Shown piece by piece: positions 26,919 through 39,087 of a stretch of 64,000 nt of DNA (its first letter is position 1; every line of letters begins with the position of its first letter). Below the pieces are notes generated by a model. It worked only from the letters and a program-made list of their open reading frames with translations, did not search any database and was not told the DNA's origin. This DNA is from Octopus sinensis. Its lineage: Eukaryota. The DNA is taken from positions 45,322,001 to 45,386,000 of the forward strand of contig NC_043015.1 of the NCBI RefSeq assembly GCF_006345805.1. The letters are read 5' to 3'. A program made the translations under genes and the position numbers.

Positions 26919-27401
26919 TTGACCCTTTCGTTACCAACCCAGCTGAAACTGGCTCTGGCTCTGTAGTACAAATGTCTTGTTTTCATAAGTTTTGAATTAA
27001 AATCTTCCACCAAACCTTAGTCACAATTTATGTTCCTAACACTAGCTTAATGATAACTAAGTTATTTTACTAAATTATTTGTTATATTTAAAATTAATTG
27101 AAAGAAACACAGAGCATCTCAACAGAAACATGGTAACAAAATGATTAGAATATATAATAGAGAAACAATTCTTAATCCTTTCATTACCAACCCGGCTGAA
27201 ACTGGCTCTGGCTCTGTAGTACAAATGTCTTGTTTTCATAAGTTTTGAATTAAAATCTTCCACCAAACCTTAGTGACGATTTATGTTCCTAACACTAGCT
27301 TAATGATAACTAAGTTATTTTACTGAATTCTTTGTTATATTTAAAATTAATTGAAAGAAACACAGAGCATCTCAAAATAAATACAGTCATGAAAGGGTTA
27401 A
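26919..27401. mobile_element. Tandem pair of piggyBac-type MITE family 2 (26919-27148, 27172-27401)
   Basis: Two ~230-bp near-identical units with CCCTTTC...GAAAGGG-TTAA-like ends. Confidence 0.8.
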
Positions 27402-29418
27402 GGTGTTGGGTTCACAATCATAATGTCATGGGTTCAATTTCCAGCCTGAGTGGCTAGTTCGGCAATGCACTTCATTTCTCATTAACTCCACTGTGCTCAG
27501 CTCTAATCACTGTAAATCTCTCTACCTCCAGCTGTCCGTCATATTTTCAATCCTCTGCTGGGCCAAGGGAGGGACAGCTGAAAAGATGCCTATATCTACC
27601 CAGGACTACAGAGGCACCTAAAACAAAACAACTACCAAGTTGTATTCGTTTGCAAATGATGGTTATACTTATTTTTGGTATGTATGCATGGAGCCATCCT
27701 TGACTGACACACTTGTACCTATCTCATCATCATCATCATTGGACATCTGTTTTCCATGCTGGCATGGGTTGGATAGCTTGACAGGAGCTGGTAAGCCAGA
27801 GGAGTGCACCAAGTTCCACTGTCTGATTTGGCATGGTTTTTACAGCTGGATGCCCTTCCTAATGCCAACCACCTTACAGATTGGACTGGGTGCTTTTCAT
27901 GTAACACCTGCACTGGAGAGGCCAGTTTTAGTATGGTTTTTACAGCTGGGTGTCCTTCCTAATGCCAGCCACTTTACAGAGTGAACTGGGTGCTTTTCAC
28001 ATGGTACCAGCATTGGCAAGGTCTGTTTTGGCATGACTTTTCCAGCTGGATGCCCTTCCTAATGCCAACCATTTTACAGTGTGGAATGGATATTCCTTAT
28101 GGGACACCAGCACTGGCACACACAATGTTAAATGGCACCTAATGCTGGTTACATGGCTAACCTTCACATAACATAACTGGAGTGCATTCAATGTTGTCAC
28201 AAGTCCAAATTCTTCATTGAAAAAGAATTTAGATATGTGGCAGCAGGTTGAATTTTAATCGAATTTTTGTTTAGAATTTGAGTGGAGATGGCTGATAATA
28301 TGGAGCTAAAGTTTAGCTTGATTGAGTAAACTTATGAACCTAGATTACATTATTCAGAGTGTCCCATTTTTTAAAGGCAATATAATGTGGGTTGAGAGAG
28401 ATTTTTCAGCAGGTCTTTGGCTCTGACAATGTGGAATTTTTCTGTAAGGCAGAGGTTACAGTAGCTTGACACATTTTCAGCTTTTTAAGCATGGTTTTGT
28501 CAATTTGTGTAGCTCACAGATACACACACACACATATGTAAATACATATACAATTTACAATATGTCCCGTAAATAATTCAATACCTGAAGACTTTTAGAT
28601 TTGAAAACATGAAAAGTGATTACAAATCAACGTGAGATGAAATGTTTTGCTCAAGAACATAATGCACCACCTGATCTAGGAATTGAAATCACGATCTCAC
28701 AATCATGAGTGCAACACTCTAACCACTAAGTTTTGTGCCCTTACATGTATGTATGTATGTATGTATGTGTGTGTGTGTATATATATATATATATGTATAA
28801 TAATCATCATCGTTTAATGTCTGCTTTCCATGCTGGCATAGGTTGGATGGTTTGACTGGGGACTGGTAAGCCAGATGGCTACACCAGGCTCCAATCTGAT
28901 CTGGTAGAGTTTCTACAGCTGGATGCTCTTCCTAACGCCAACCACTTCGAGAGTGTAGTGGGTGCTTTTACGTGCCACTGGCACGAGGGCCAGTCAAGCA
29001 GTACTGGCAACAGTACTGCCACCTGCACAGGAGCCAGTCCAGCAGCCCTGGCAATGCCCTCACTCAAATGTTGCTTTTCACATACCACTGGCACAAGTGC
29101 CAATACATCTATCTATATATATATATGCATGTGTGTGCATATTTACGTCTGTGTTTGTCGTCTAAACCACTTGATGACTGATGTTGGTGTGTTTACAACT
29201 TTGTAACTTAGCAGTTTGGCAAAAGAAACTGATAGAATAAGTGCCAGGTTTTTTTTTTTTAATGCTATCTACTGGGGTTGATTTGTTCAAATAAAAACTC
29301 AAGGTAGTGCTCCATAGTCTAATGATTGAAATAAGTAACAGACAAAAGATATATTTATAGATATATACACAAGTATATGTTTCTGTCGTCTGTCCCTCTT
29401 TCTCTCTCTCTCTCTGAC

Positions 29419-29481
<63 letters not shown>

Positions 29482-30743
29482 TATATTACATATATATATA
29501 TACAATATATATACATATACATATATATATACATATACACATATATATATATACATATACACATATACATATACATATATACACATATACATATATATAC
29601 ACATATACATATATATAACATATATATACATATACATATATACATATATATACATATATAATATACACATATACATATATACACATATACATATACATAT
29701 ATACATATACATATATACATATATATATATATATAATATATATATATATAATCCAAATGTTTCGTTCTTATATATATAAGAAGAAAACAGTAAGGAAGTG
29801 TGAAGGCAGCACACACAGTAAAAGGAAGTCCTAGCGAGAAAAAGTTGTTCAGTTAGACAAACAGACAGACAACAAATGCAGCCATTCCAAATTAGATTAT
29901 TTGTTTCCAAGAAAATGTGATTATATTTGGGAAGAAGCCCACTCAATAAGCACACACCAAAATCTACACACACACACACGATACATCCACACACATAAAT
30001 AGACATCTTGACAACAAAAAAAAGTACATGTGCTGAAACACATATTGATGCACACACAGACACACACACAAACACACAGACACACACACAGACACATTTT
30101 GATGGTTGTGAAGGTCTTTAAGAACATATTGTATTTTTCCCAGCAAGAAACTCAAAGAAGTTCTTGCTGCTATTTTTGGTTTACTTCCCTTCCGCAGACC
30201 ACAAACTGACTCCAAGAATTGCTAATTATATCCAGTTACCACCTCTGGCCAACAACGGTGCCTATACGTGGTCGCTTGCTCTGCTAGAAATACTAAATTT
30301 TTCTCAAATCATGTCCTACCGTCTTAAGAAAGGAAAGGAAGGACACACGGGATAATCTAGTGCTATGAGACACTACATGTGGAAAGACAAAGGAGATTGT
30401 TGCAGTTGGTAAGCTTTCAATTGGATGTCTACTTGATTAGTACAGGCCCGGGGTTTAACAACAACAATGATAATACCAATATGAGACCATTTGCATTGAC
30501 AAAATAATGTAGCTTGGTGTGCCATCCCTGATTTTTGTATCATATTATACTGTGTATTAATACCTAAGACATTTTATTACCAATGCTTTTCATCCAAGTG
30601 AGGATAGTATCAATGTACTTTTAAGAAATACAGTATTTAAAAAGTGGGGAAAAACACTAGAAATAAATATGCAGTGAAGAAAAAAAAATACAATCAATCA
30701 ATGACAAATATTATTTCCCTTTTCAGTCAAGTACACACGACAA

Positions 30744-30785
30744 CTCTGGATATGTTTCGTTCTTATTCTGATCTCCTCAGCAAAG
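30744..30785 (-). ncRNA. Minimal type I hammerhead ribozyme motif (probably a decayed PLE/retrozyme-type copy)
   Basis: Reverse complement reads CTTTG-CTGAGGA-GATC-AGAATAA-GAAC-GAAAC-AT-ATC-CAGAG: canonical CUGANGA and GAAAC boxes, stem II 3/4 paired, stem I CUUUG/CAGAG fully paired (one G-U), UH triplet at the expected position; one mismatch in stem III. Confidence 0.72.
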
Positions 30786-30939
30786 CATAGCCTTTACTGT
30801 AATTACCAATGCAGTGGTTAAAGGATTGCAGAGTATGAGGTTGCACTATTGTTGGCCCAACAGTTAATTCAGGTGGAAAACTATACTTTGCATATGCATG
30901 TGTGTGAGCATGTGCATGCATGAGTTTGTGTAGTGTGTG

Positions 30940-30976
<37 letters not shown>

Positions 30977-31334
30977 CGCACGCGTGCATGTGTGTGTGTG
31001 GATGCATAAGTGAAAATGAATGTATTTTGTTTTGAAATTAAATAATTCAGGAAGCCATATGTATGAATTAATAAGTGAAGTTAGTGTCTTAGTCCACCTA
31101 GGTGTCTAAATCTGCCAGTCACTCGTTGGCAGGTGACCCTAATTCATTAAGGTGTTGGCTGCCCCAAGCAGACAGAATCTAAATGCTGACTAGAGTTCTG
31201 TATAGTGTTTGTAACCAAGACACATAATCCTTCCCAAAGGACCCTGTTCATGTAGCTGTATATCTAGACAAGCCCTTATATATTCTGCTTTGAAATTTAA
31301 CCCTTTAGCATTTAAACTGGCCATCTAGCTATCT

Positions 31335-31575
31335 ATCCGCTCAGTCAAAGTCGACTCTCGGTTACTCCATGGATCAGTGTCCTCCAGTCAGTTCTATCCT
31401 GAGCCACTCCTTTCAGATTGGCTATGTCCATTCCGGTATCACTTTTGATGGTGCCAAGCCAGCGGGTTCTTGGTTGGCCTCTTCCTCTCTTGCCACTGAC
31501 CATTCCGAGCATGATGTCCTTCTCCAGGGACTTTCTCCGCATAATATGACCGAAATATACCAGCTGTTTAATGTT
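31335..31575 (-). mobile_element. RTE (BovB-like) LINE 3' fragment
   Basis: ORF 31345-31542 KSLEKDIMLGMVSGKRGRGQPRTRWLGTIKSDTG...VAQDRTDWRTLIHGVTESR matches the typical RTE-BovB ORF2 C-terminus; 5' truncated; nested in a TTAA MITE. Confidence 0.88.
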
Positions 31576-31765
31576 TAAACAGGCCAGATGTGCTTTCTTA
31601 CACCTACCCTAGAAAGTCATTCTAAAAATTAAGTTGCATCATCAAAATCTCAAAGCTACAAGATAATCCATGATTAATTCAAAACAATGAGAATAAACAA
31701 GCATTACTTTTGACCGAATAATGTGAATACTAAAGGGTTAAAAAAATTTTTTTTATTTAGTGATA

Positions 31766-32150
31766 GGTGCAGGAGTGGCTGTGTGGTAAGTAGCTTGTTT
31801 ACCAAACGTGGCACCTCGGGCAAGTGTCTTCTACTATAGCCTCAGGCTGACCAAAGCCTTGTGAGTGGATTTGGTAGACGGAAACTGAAAGAAGCCCGTC
31901 GTATATATGTATATATATATGCGTGTGTGTGTTTGTGTGTCTGTGTTTGTCCTCCTAGCATTGCTTGAAAACCGATGCTGGTGTGTTTATGTCCCCGTCA
32001 CTTAGCGGTTCGGCAAAAGAGACCGATAGAATAAGTACTGGGCTTACAAAAAAGAATAAGTCCCGGGGTCGAGTTGCTCGATTAAAGGCAGTGCTCCAGC
32101 ATGGCCGCAGTCAAATGACTGAAACAAGTAAAAGAGTAAAAGAGAGAGAG
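31766..32150 (+). mobile_element. SINE family A flanked by a 61-bp direct repeat
   Basis: Homology to family A; direct repeats at 31703-31763 and 32152-32212. Confidence 0.9.
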
Positions 32151-32714
32151 TATTACTTTTGACCAAATAATATGAATACTAAAGGGTTAAAAAACATTTT
32201 TTTATTTAGTGACAAAACATCCATAAATAAATCACTTACATGCTGGCATTAATGCAAAATATCCTTCACAATAATGCAGAATTTATATGTTGGGCTTCAT
32301 TCAATTTCCATCGGCTAAAATCCGGTCATAATTCATTGGTATGTTCAGGGATATAGAAGGAAACACTGACCCATGGTGCTATACAGTAGGACTGAACCTG
32401 AAACCATGTAGCTGAGATGCAAACTTCCTAACCACAGACCTAACACTTGCACCTAATCTGAACAAGTGACACACAATGTTATAGATCAAAACCTTTTTCA
32501 TTTGATTATTTTTATTCTAAGGATAAGATCAAGGGAAGATATTTCTAACATCATACCTACTGCTATGTATAGAGCGAACCTCTGACAGTGGTAAGAGTAG
32601 AGCTAGCATTATTATTTGTGCATTTGTGCATCAGAATCTTGCTTTGTCCCCGATCTTTCCTGAATCATATTTAACTTCTTATTGTTTCTTAATATGAATA
32701 AAACAGAAAATAAA

Positions 32715-32749
<35 letters not shown>

Positions 32750-33123
32750 GAAAGGAAGGGAAAAAGGGAAAGAGAAATGAAGAGAGATGGAGGCTAGAAG
32801 GAATTTTGTGGACATGAAAACATGGGCATTCATACATCAAAAGGATCTATAAGAATGTGTGTATATGGATATCTGTCTATCCATCTCTCTTTCCATCTAT
32901 CTATATATGTATGTGTATGCATCTATATATGTACATGTAGTGTGTGTTAGTGTGTGCGTGTGTGTGTGAGTGTCTGTGTGCGTACACATATACAATGGTT
33001 ATATAAGCACAGTCAAAAACAGTAACACACTTGCGTGCATGACGTTTTGCACAATCATGCATGTAGATACACAGACACAAACAAAACACTATTTAGTGAT
33101 TGTCAATGTAAGAGAGAGGGAGG

Positions 33124-33158
<35 letters not shown>

Positions 33159-33476
33159 ACAAACAAAGAACTGGTGGAGAGACGATGTATGAGGTATTAT
33201 TCCTCACGCTAACAGGAAACAGTGTCTCGAGCCTCTTGGCTGGACATTTTTCCAAAAACAGCAAATATCAAGATTAAGAAAAAAAAAAAATAGAAAAAAA
33301 AAGAGAAAATGTGAACTTGGTAACATTCATTCATTCAGTCTGAAGAGAAGAGCAAGTACAACTTCTAAAGACTTTCTCAAAAAGAACAGCTGTAATCTTT
33401 GGAAGAGTAACAAGAGTAGTAGAGGTGGTGGTGGTGGTGGTGGTGGTGGTGGAGGTAGTCTGAGATAAAAACTCAC

Positions 33477-33508
33477 TTCTATCACGAATTTAAGATACTC
33501 CATAACAT
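33477..33508 (-). CDS. Candidate exon (32 nt, phase 1 to 0): (D)VMEYLKFVIE
   Basis: Acceptor catcttcttgaacag, donor GAA|GTGAGT, only one frame open. Confidence 0.45.
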
Positions 33509-33831
33509 CTGTTCAAGAAGATGATGATGATAATAATAATAATAATAATGATAATAATAATAATAATGATGATAATAACGGTTTTGGACAAAGACAAACA
33601 GAAAAATGGTTGAATATAGTGGCACCAATATATGGCAATACGTTCGCTTGTAATATAGGCACCAGGCTTGAAATCTGAAAATGTAGATGATTATGATATC
33701 TACATAGATATTGTGTTGAAGAGTGTAGTCACAAAACGTAAAAGAATTTTGCACTTTCCCAAGCATCAAACTAATACAATTGTTTGTTACTTATACACCT
33801 GTTCTTTGCCTTTTGTTTTTCTGTAAATTTC

Positions 33832-33871
<40 letters not shown>

Positions 33872-34474
33872 AAGTGTCTGGCATTAGAGAGGGTATCCAG
33901 CTGTAGAAGCCATGTCAAAGTGGACCTTGAAGCATGATGAAGTCCTTGGACCCATCAGAACCTGTCAAACTGTCCAACACATGTCAGCATGGAACATGGA
34001 TATTAAATGATGATGATGAGCAGGATTTTAATATTTTATATTCAACATTTCATCTATTCAATAAGACAATCAATACTTCATTTCATTTTGCTATATATAC
34101 TATAAATACTATATATTCTATATTCTACATTAATATTATAAAGAATATAAATAAAACATAAAAAACAGACAGAGTTGGAATTCCTTTGAATAATATATAT
34201 ACCTCTATACACAATCATACAAACACCTTTATATATATATATGCAAGCATGGGTATGTGGTAAGAAACTTGCTTCCCAACTAATGCTGGTGTGTTTATAT
34301 CCTCGTAACTTAGCAGTTCAGCAAAATAGACTGATAGAATATGTACTAGGCTTACAAAGAATAAGTCCTGGGGTCAATTTCTTCAACAACAACAACAAAA
34401 AAATCCTTTAAGGTGGCAGTCAAATGACTGAAACAAGTAAAAGAATAAAAGAAGACACACACACACACACACAC

Positions 34475-34512
<38 letters not shown>

Positions 34513-34517
34513 CATTT

Positions 34518-34816
34518 GTGAAGGCGCAATGGCCCAGTGGTTAGGGCAGTGGACTTGCGGTTTCGATACCCAGACCGGGCGTTGTGAGTGTTTATTGAGC
34601 GAAAACACCTAAAGTTCCACGAGGCTCCGGCAGGGGATGGTGGTGATCCCTGCTGTACTCTTTCGCCACAACTTTCTCTCACTCGTTCTTCTGATGGCCT
34701 GCTCGCTTAGCCAGCGGGGTGGCGTCGTTTGAAGGCTAAAACAATACAAAGCTCATTGTGACCAGTGATGTGTAGCAACATCTGATAGCCTGGTCAGTCA
34801 CGGTGATCACGGCGAT
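34518..34816 (+). mobile_element. tRNA-derived SINE family D
   Basis: Head GGCGCAATGGCCCAGTGGTTAGG; second copy at 40362-40661 (-). Confidence 0.85.
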
Positions 34817-35019
34817 ACATATCATTTAACATCTGCTTTCTATGCTGGCATGGGCTGTATGGCTTCACAGGGACTGGCAAGACCAGGAGCTGCACCAGGG
34901 TCCACAATCTGTTTTGGCCTGGTTTCCACTGCTGGATGCCCTTTTTTGTGGCACCAACACCAATGCTTTTTACGTGGCACTCCTTTCCCTAGTGTGTTTA
35001 GTCCCAGTTTCGGGTCTTT

Positions 35020-35402
35020 ATGCATTTCATTGTCTAGCAGCTCACCTGCGATGGACTGGCGTCGCATCCAGGTGGGGAACCTACACGCCAAGGAAACCGA
35101 GAAACAGGCCCTTATGAGCTAGGCGTGGCTCAAGAAGGAACAAACAATGCATTTCATTCTCTAGCAGCTCACTGGCGTCGCATCGAGGTGGGGAACCCAT
35201 ACGCCAAGGAAACCAAGAAACCGGCCCTTATGAGCCAGGCGTGGCTCAAGAAGGAACAAACAATGCATTTCATTGTCTAGCAGCTCACCTGCGACGGACT
35301 GGCGTCGCATCGAGGTGGGGAACCTATACGCCAAGGAAACCGAGAAACCGGCCCTTATGAGCCGGGCGTGGCTCAAGAAGGAACAAACAATGCATTTCAT
35401 TG
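35020..35402 (+). repeat. Three tandem ~127-bp units derived from a SINE 3' end
   Basis: Units 35020-35146, 35147-35262 (11-bp deletion) and 35263-35389, each starting with atgcatttcatt(g/c), which recurs a fourth time at 35390-35402. Confidence 0.92.
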
Positions 35403-35974
35403 AATGTTTCACAGAGCTAACTGAACTCAGTTCTGGTTAGCTTTGCATATCATATGCCAAGACACTAAGTAAAGACACTAAAGCTAACAGCAGCTGAGGC
35501 CACCAGTAACAGGACACAAACTGCCAACATCGGGGCTGGTTGACCGCTACACTTATCAACTGATGTCACGCACAGACAGCTCTTTATGAGAATCCACTGA
35601 GTTACTGAGAGAGGAGAAGGAAGAGGTCAAGGCTATTAGTCATAGCCTGTCTGTCAGTGTATTGCACGGTGTATTATAGCGAAGTTACAGGAGTCAAAGT
35701 AACATAACACTAGATTAACATTAACAGCCGTGCAACAAAGAGTTTCGGATATCAGTAGTGAGTGGCTCTGCAAACAAAGCTTTCACTCTGACAGAATGAT
35801 TAATGTGGTTTACATAAGAACACCAACGTAGTAGCCTGTTAAATAGGTACTATGTATATTATTCAACATCTTCAATAAATAGTAAATACTTCCCACAACC
35901 AACAAGTCCCCTCCCCTAAATTTCAAGCCTTGTGCCTATAATAGAAAGGATTATTATTATTATTATTATTATCA

Positions 35975-36296
35975 TTGAGTGAGAGAGCAGTGCATGCCAT
36001 CAAAGTGACACTGGGGTGAAATGTAAGAAGCCCAGTATACCCATCATGACTACCCGTCTGATAAGGGTACACCAGGCACATGCATCACAACAATATGTGC
36101 ACGACATGGTGATCTCATATCAAGATAAACAGCGCATGACCTTGCAGGTGGGGCCCAGTTAGAATTTTCTTCTGGTCGAGTAGCCCATCCCGCACAAAAG
36201 GTCCCTGAATAAGGATTGTTTAACCACCCATATTTCCAAAGGTGGATTATCCAAAACTCTAAGAATTCCTCTCAGCACATGGCTATGATGCTCCCC

Positions 36297-36299
<3 letters not shown>
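35975..36299 (+). mobile_element. Dispersed repeat family F, partial
   Basis: Reverse-complement homology to 6712-7270. Confidence 0.75.
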
Positions 36300-36329
<30 letters not shown>

Positions 36330-36511
36330 CATCATTTGTTAGAATTGTTGGCACACTGGGCAAAACAGCTAGCGGTGTTTCATCTGTCTTTATGCTCTGA
36401 GTTCAAATTCTTCTGAGGTTGACTTTGCCTTTCATCCTTTCAAGGTTGATGAATTAAGTGCCATTTACATATATATATATATATTATATATATATAATAT
36501 ATATATATATA

Positions 36512-36543
<32 letters not shown>

Positions 36544-36949
36544 GTGTGTGTGTGTGGTGTGTGTTTGTGTGTCTGTGTATGTCTCCCCAACATCGCTCGA
36601 CAACCGATGCTGGTGTGTTTACGTCCCTGTAACTTAGTGGTTCGGCAAAAGAAACTGATAGAATAAGTACTAGGCTTACAAAGAATAAGTCCTGGGGGTC
36701 GATTTGCTCGACTAAAGGTGGTGCTCCAGCATGGCCACAGTCAAATGACTGAAACAGTTCAAATCCTTCAAGTGTTACTTTGTCCTTTGTTCCTCCAGGG
36801 CCAATAAAATAAGCTCCAGGCATAGACCACAATTCATTGGATCAACTACAGCCCTTTCTCTAGAAATAGGAACGTGTGTGTGTGTGTGAATGTGTGTGCA
36901 TGCACGAGCGCGAGTGTGTGTGTGTGTATGCCTGCCCACAGGTGGGAGG

Positions 36950-36982
<33 letters not shown>

Positions 36983-37029
36983 CAGGAAGAGGTTTGCATC
37001 TTTTATATTTAATCCATCCTTTTGATACC

Positions 37030-37255
37030 TATTTCTTTACTACCCACAAGGGGCTACACACAGAGAGGACAAACAAGGACAGATAAACGGATTAAGTCGA
37101 TTATATTGACCCCAGTGCGTAACTGGTACTTTATTTATCGACCCCGAAAGATTGAAAGGCAAAGTCGACCTCGGCAGAATTTGAACTCAGAACGTAGCGA
37201 CAGACGAAATACTGCTAAGCATTTCACCTGGCACGCTAACGTTTCTGCCAGCTCG
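37030..37255 (-). mobile_element. SINE family B, full length with a 16-bp TSD
   Basis: TSD ccatccttttgatacc at 37014-37029 and 37256-37271; inserted into the end of a TTAA-type MITE (~37011-37490). Confidence 0.92.
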
Positions 37256-37615
37256 CCATCCTTTTGATACCAAACCACCTAACACTGGCTTCTGGTCCTA
37301 TAATACAAATTTCCGATTTTAAATTAATCTAAATTAAAACCCTCCATCACAATTCCAGGTTAATTTGCATAACAAACAGCAGCCTTAAAATGACAGAGTT
37401 ATTTTAATCAAGTCCTTCATTATTTTCAAATTTAAATGAAACAGAGATAGTGTTTTTGTAACAGAAGCATAGTAATTAAAAGGGTTTTAAAAATCCGTTT
37501 GGTGAGAACTAAGGAGAAAGAACAAAGTTCCAAACAAAGTGGATCCACAAAAGAATTTTGTATTCTGGATGGAACCAATTCATTTTGTTTACATTTTTCA
37601 ATGCTTGAGAGAGAG

Positions 37616-37663
<48 letters not shown>

Positions 37664-37780
37664 CCATCAAAGAGAATAAACAACTCAGACTTTTTTGCTC
37701 CTTCCATATAAATTAGTAACCTTGTGCTCAAATACAAAATAATAATAATAACAATAATAATAATAATAATAATCACCATA

Positions 37781-38193
37781 GGCGTAGGAGTGGCTGTGTG
37801 GTAAGTAGCTTGCTTACCAACCACATGGTTCTGGGTTCAGTCCCACTGCGTGGCACCTTGGGCAAGTATCTTCTACTATAGTCTCGGGCCGACCAAAGCC
37901 TTGTGAGTGGATTTGGTAGACGGAAACTGAAAGAAGCCCATCGTATATATGGATATATATGTGTGTGTGTATGTGTTTGTGTGTCTGTGTTTGTCCCCCC
38001 AACGTCGCTTGACAACCAATGCTGGTGTGTTTACGTCCCCGTCACTTAGAGGTTCGGCAAAAGAGACCGATAGAATAAGTACTAGGCTTACAAAGAATAA
38101 GTCCTGGGGTCGATTTGCTCGACTAAAAGGTGGTGCTCCAGCATGGCCACAGTCAAATGACTGAAACAAGTAAAAGAGTAAGAGAGTAAAGAG

Positions 38194-38195
<2 letters not shown>
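37781..38195 (+). mobile_element. SINE family A, full length
   Basis: Head to tail homology, inserted in an (AAT)n tract. Confidence 0.9.
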
Positions 38196-38227
<32 letters not shown>

Positions 38228-39087
38228 GCAATAATCCTTTCTACTGTAGGCACAAGGCCTGAAATTTGTTGGGAGGGAGCTAGTTGATTAAATCAACCCC
38301 AGTATTTGCCTGGTACTTTATTTACTGACCTCAAAAGGATGAAAGGTAATAATAATATTAATAGTCCTTTCTACTAAAGGTACAAAGCCTGAAATTTTAG
38401 GAAGGGGACAGTCAATTGCATTGGCCCCAGTACTCAAGTCGACCATGGCAGAATTTGAACTCAGAGTGTAAAGACGGGCGAAATGCCACTAAGCATTTCA
38501 CCTGGCATGCTAAGAGTTCTGCCAGCTTGCCACCTTAACAACAACAACAACAACATCAATAATAATAATGGTTTCAAATTTTGTCACAAGGACAACAATT
38601 TTGAGGGAGGGGATGAGCCAATGATATTGACCCAAGTGTTCAACTGCTACTTATTTAACTGACCCCGAAAGGATGAAAGGCAAAGTCAACCTAGGCAGAA
38701 TTTGAACTCAGACCGTAATGATGGGCAAAAAGCATTTTGCCTGGTGTGCTTATGATTCTGCCAGCTCGCTGCCTTAAACAACAACAACAACAACAACAAT
38801 AATAATAATAATGATAATAATAATAATCCATGCTTAAAGAACTTATTGCTGTGAGCTGTTGATTAATGTTGCAGACCAGTGGATCAAATTCCAATGAAGT
38901 ATTTATTTTGATCCCTAATTCCTGGACCAGACAGTGCTTTGGGTCCTTGAGAAAACACTTCATCTCACATTGCTCTGTAATCACTTTGACATGTCATGTT
39001 GGCACACTGTGCACCAGTATGGGCAATGACGATTGGATGCAGAGACTCAGCTAATGTACAGCACAAACATTTGATTACAACATTTGA

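Noticed and set aside
29750-29790. Third hammerhead-like GAAAC with an upstream hairpin
   Set aside because: No CUGANGA box on the minus strand; the hairpin is a (TA)n palindrome.
26390-33508. Resemblance of FVIEYHG..EKKE to the SETD8/PR-Set7 SET motif FVVEYHG
   Set aside because: Only a few residues match across a hypothetical junction; no other SET motifs (NHS, ELLYDY) were found in frame-compatible exons.
35020-35402. CRISPR-like repeat-spacer appearance
   Set aside because: The intervening segments are copies of each other, the context is eukaryotic, and no cas genes are present.
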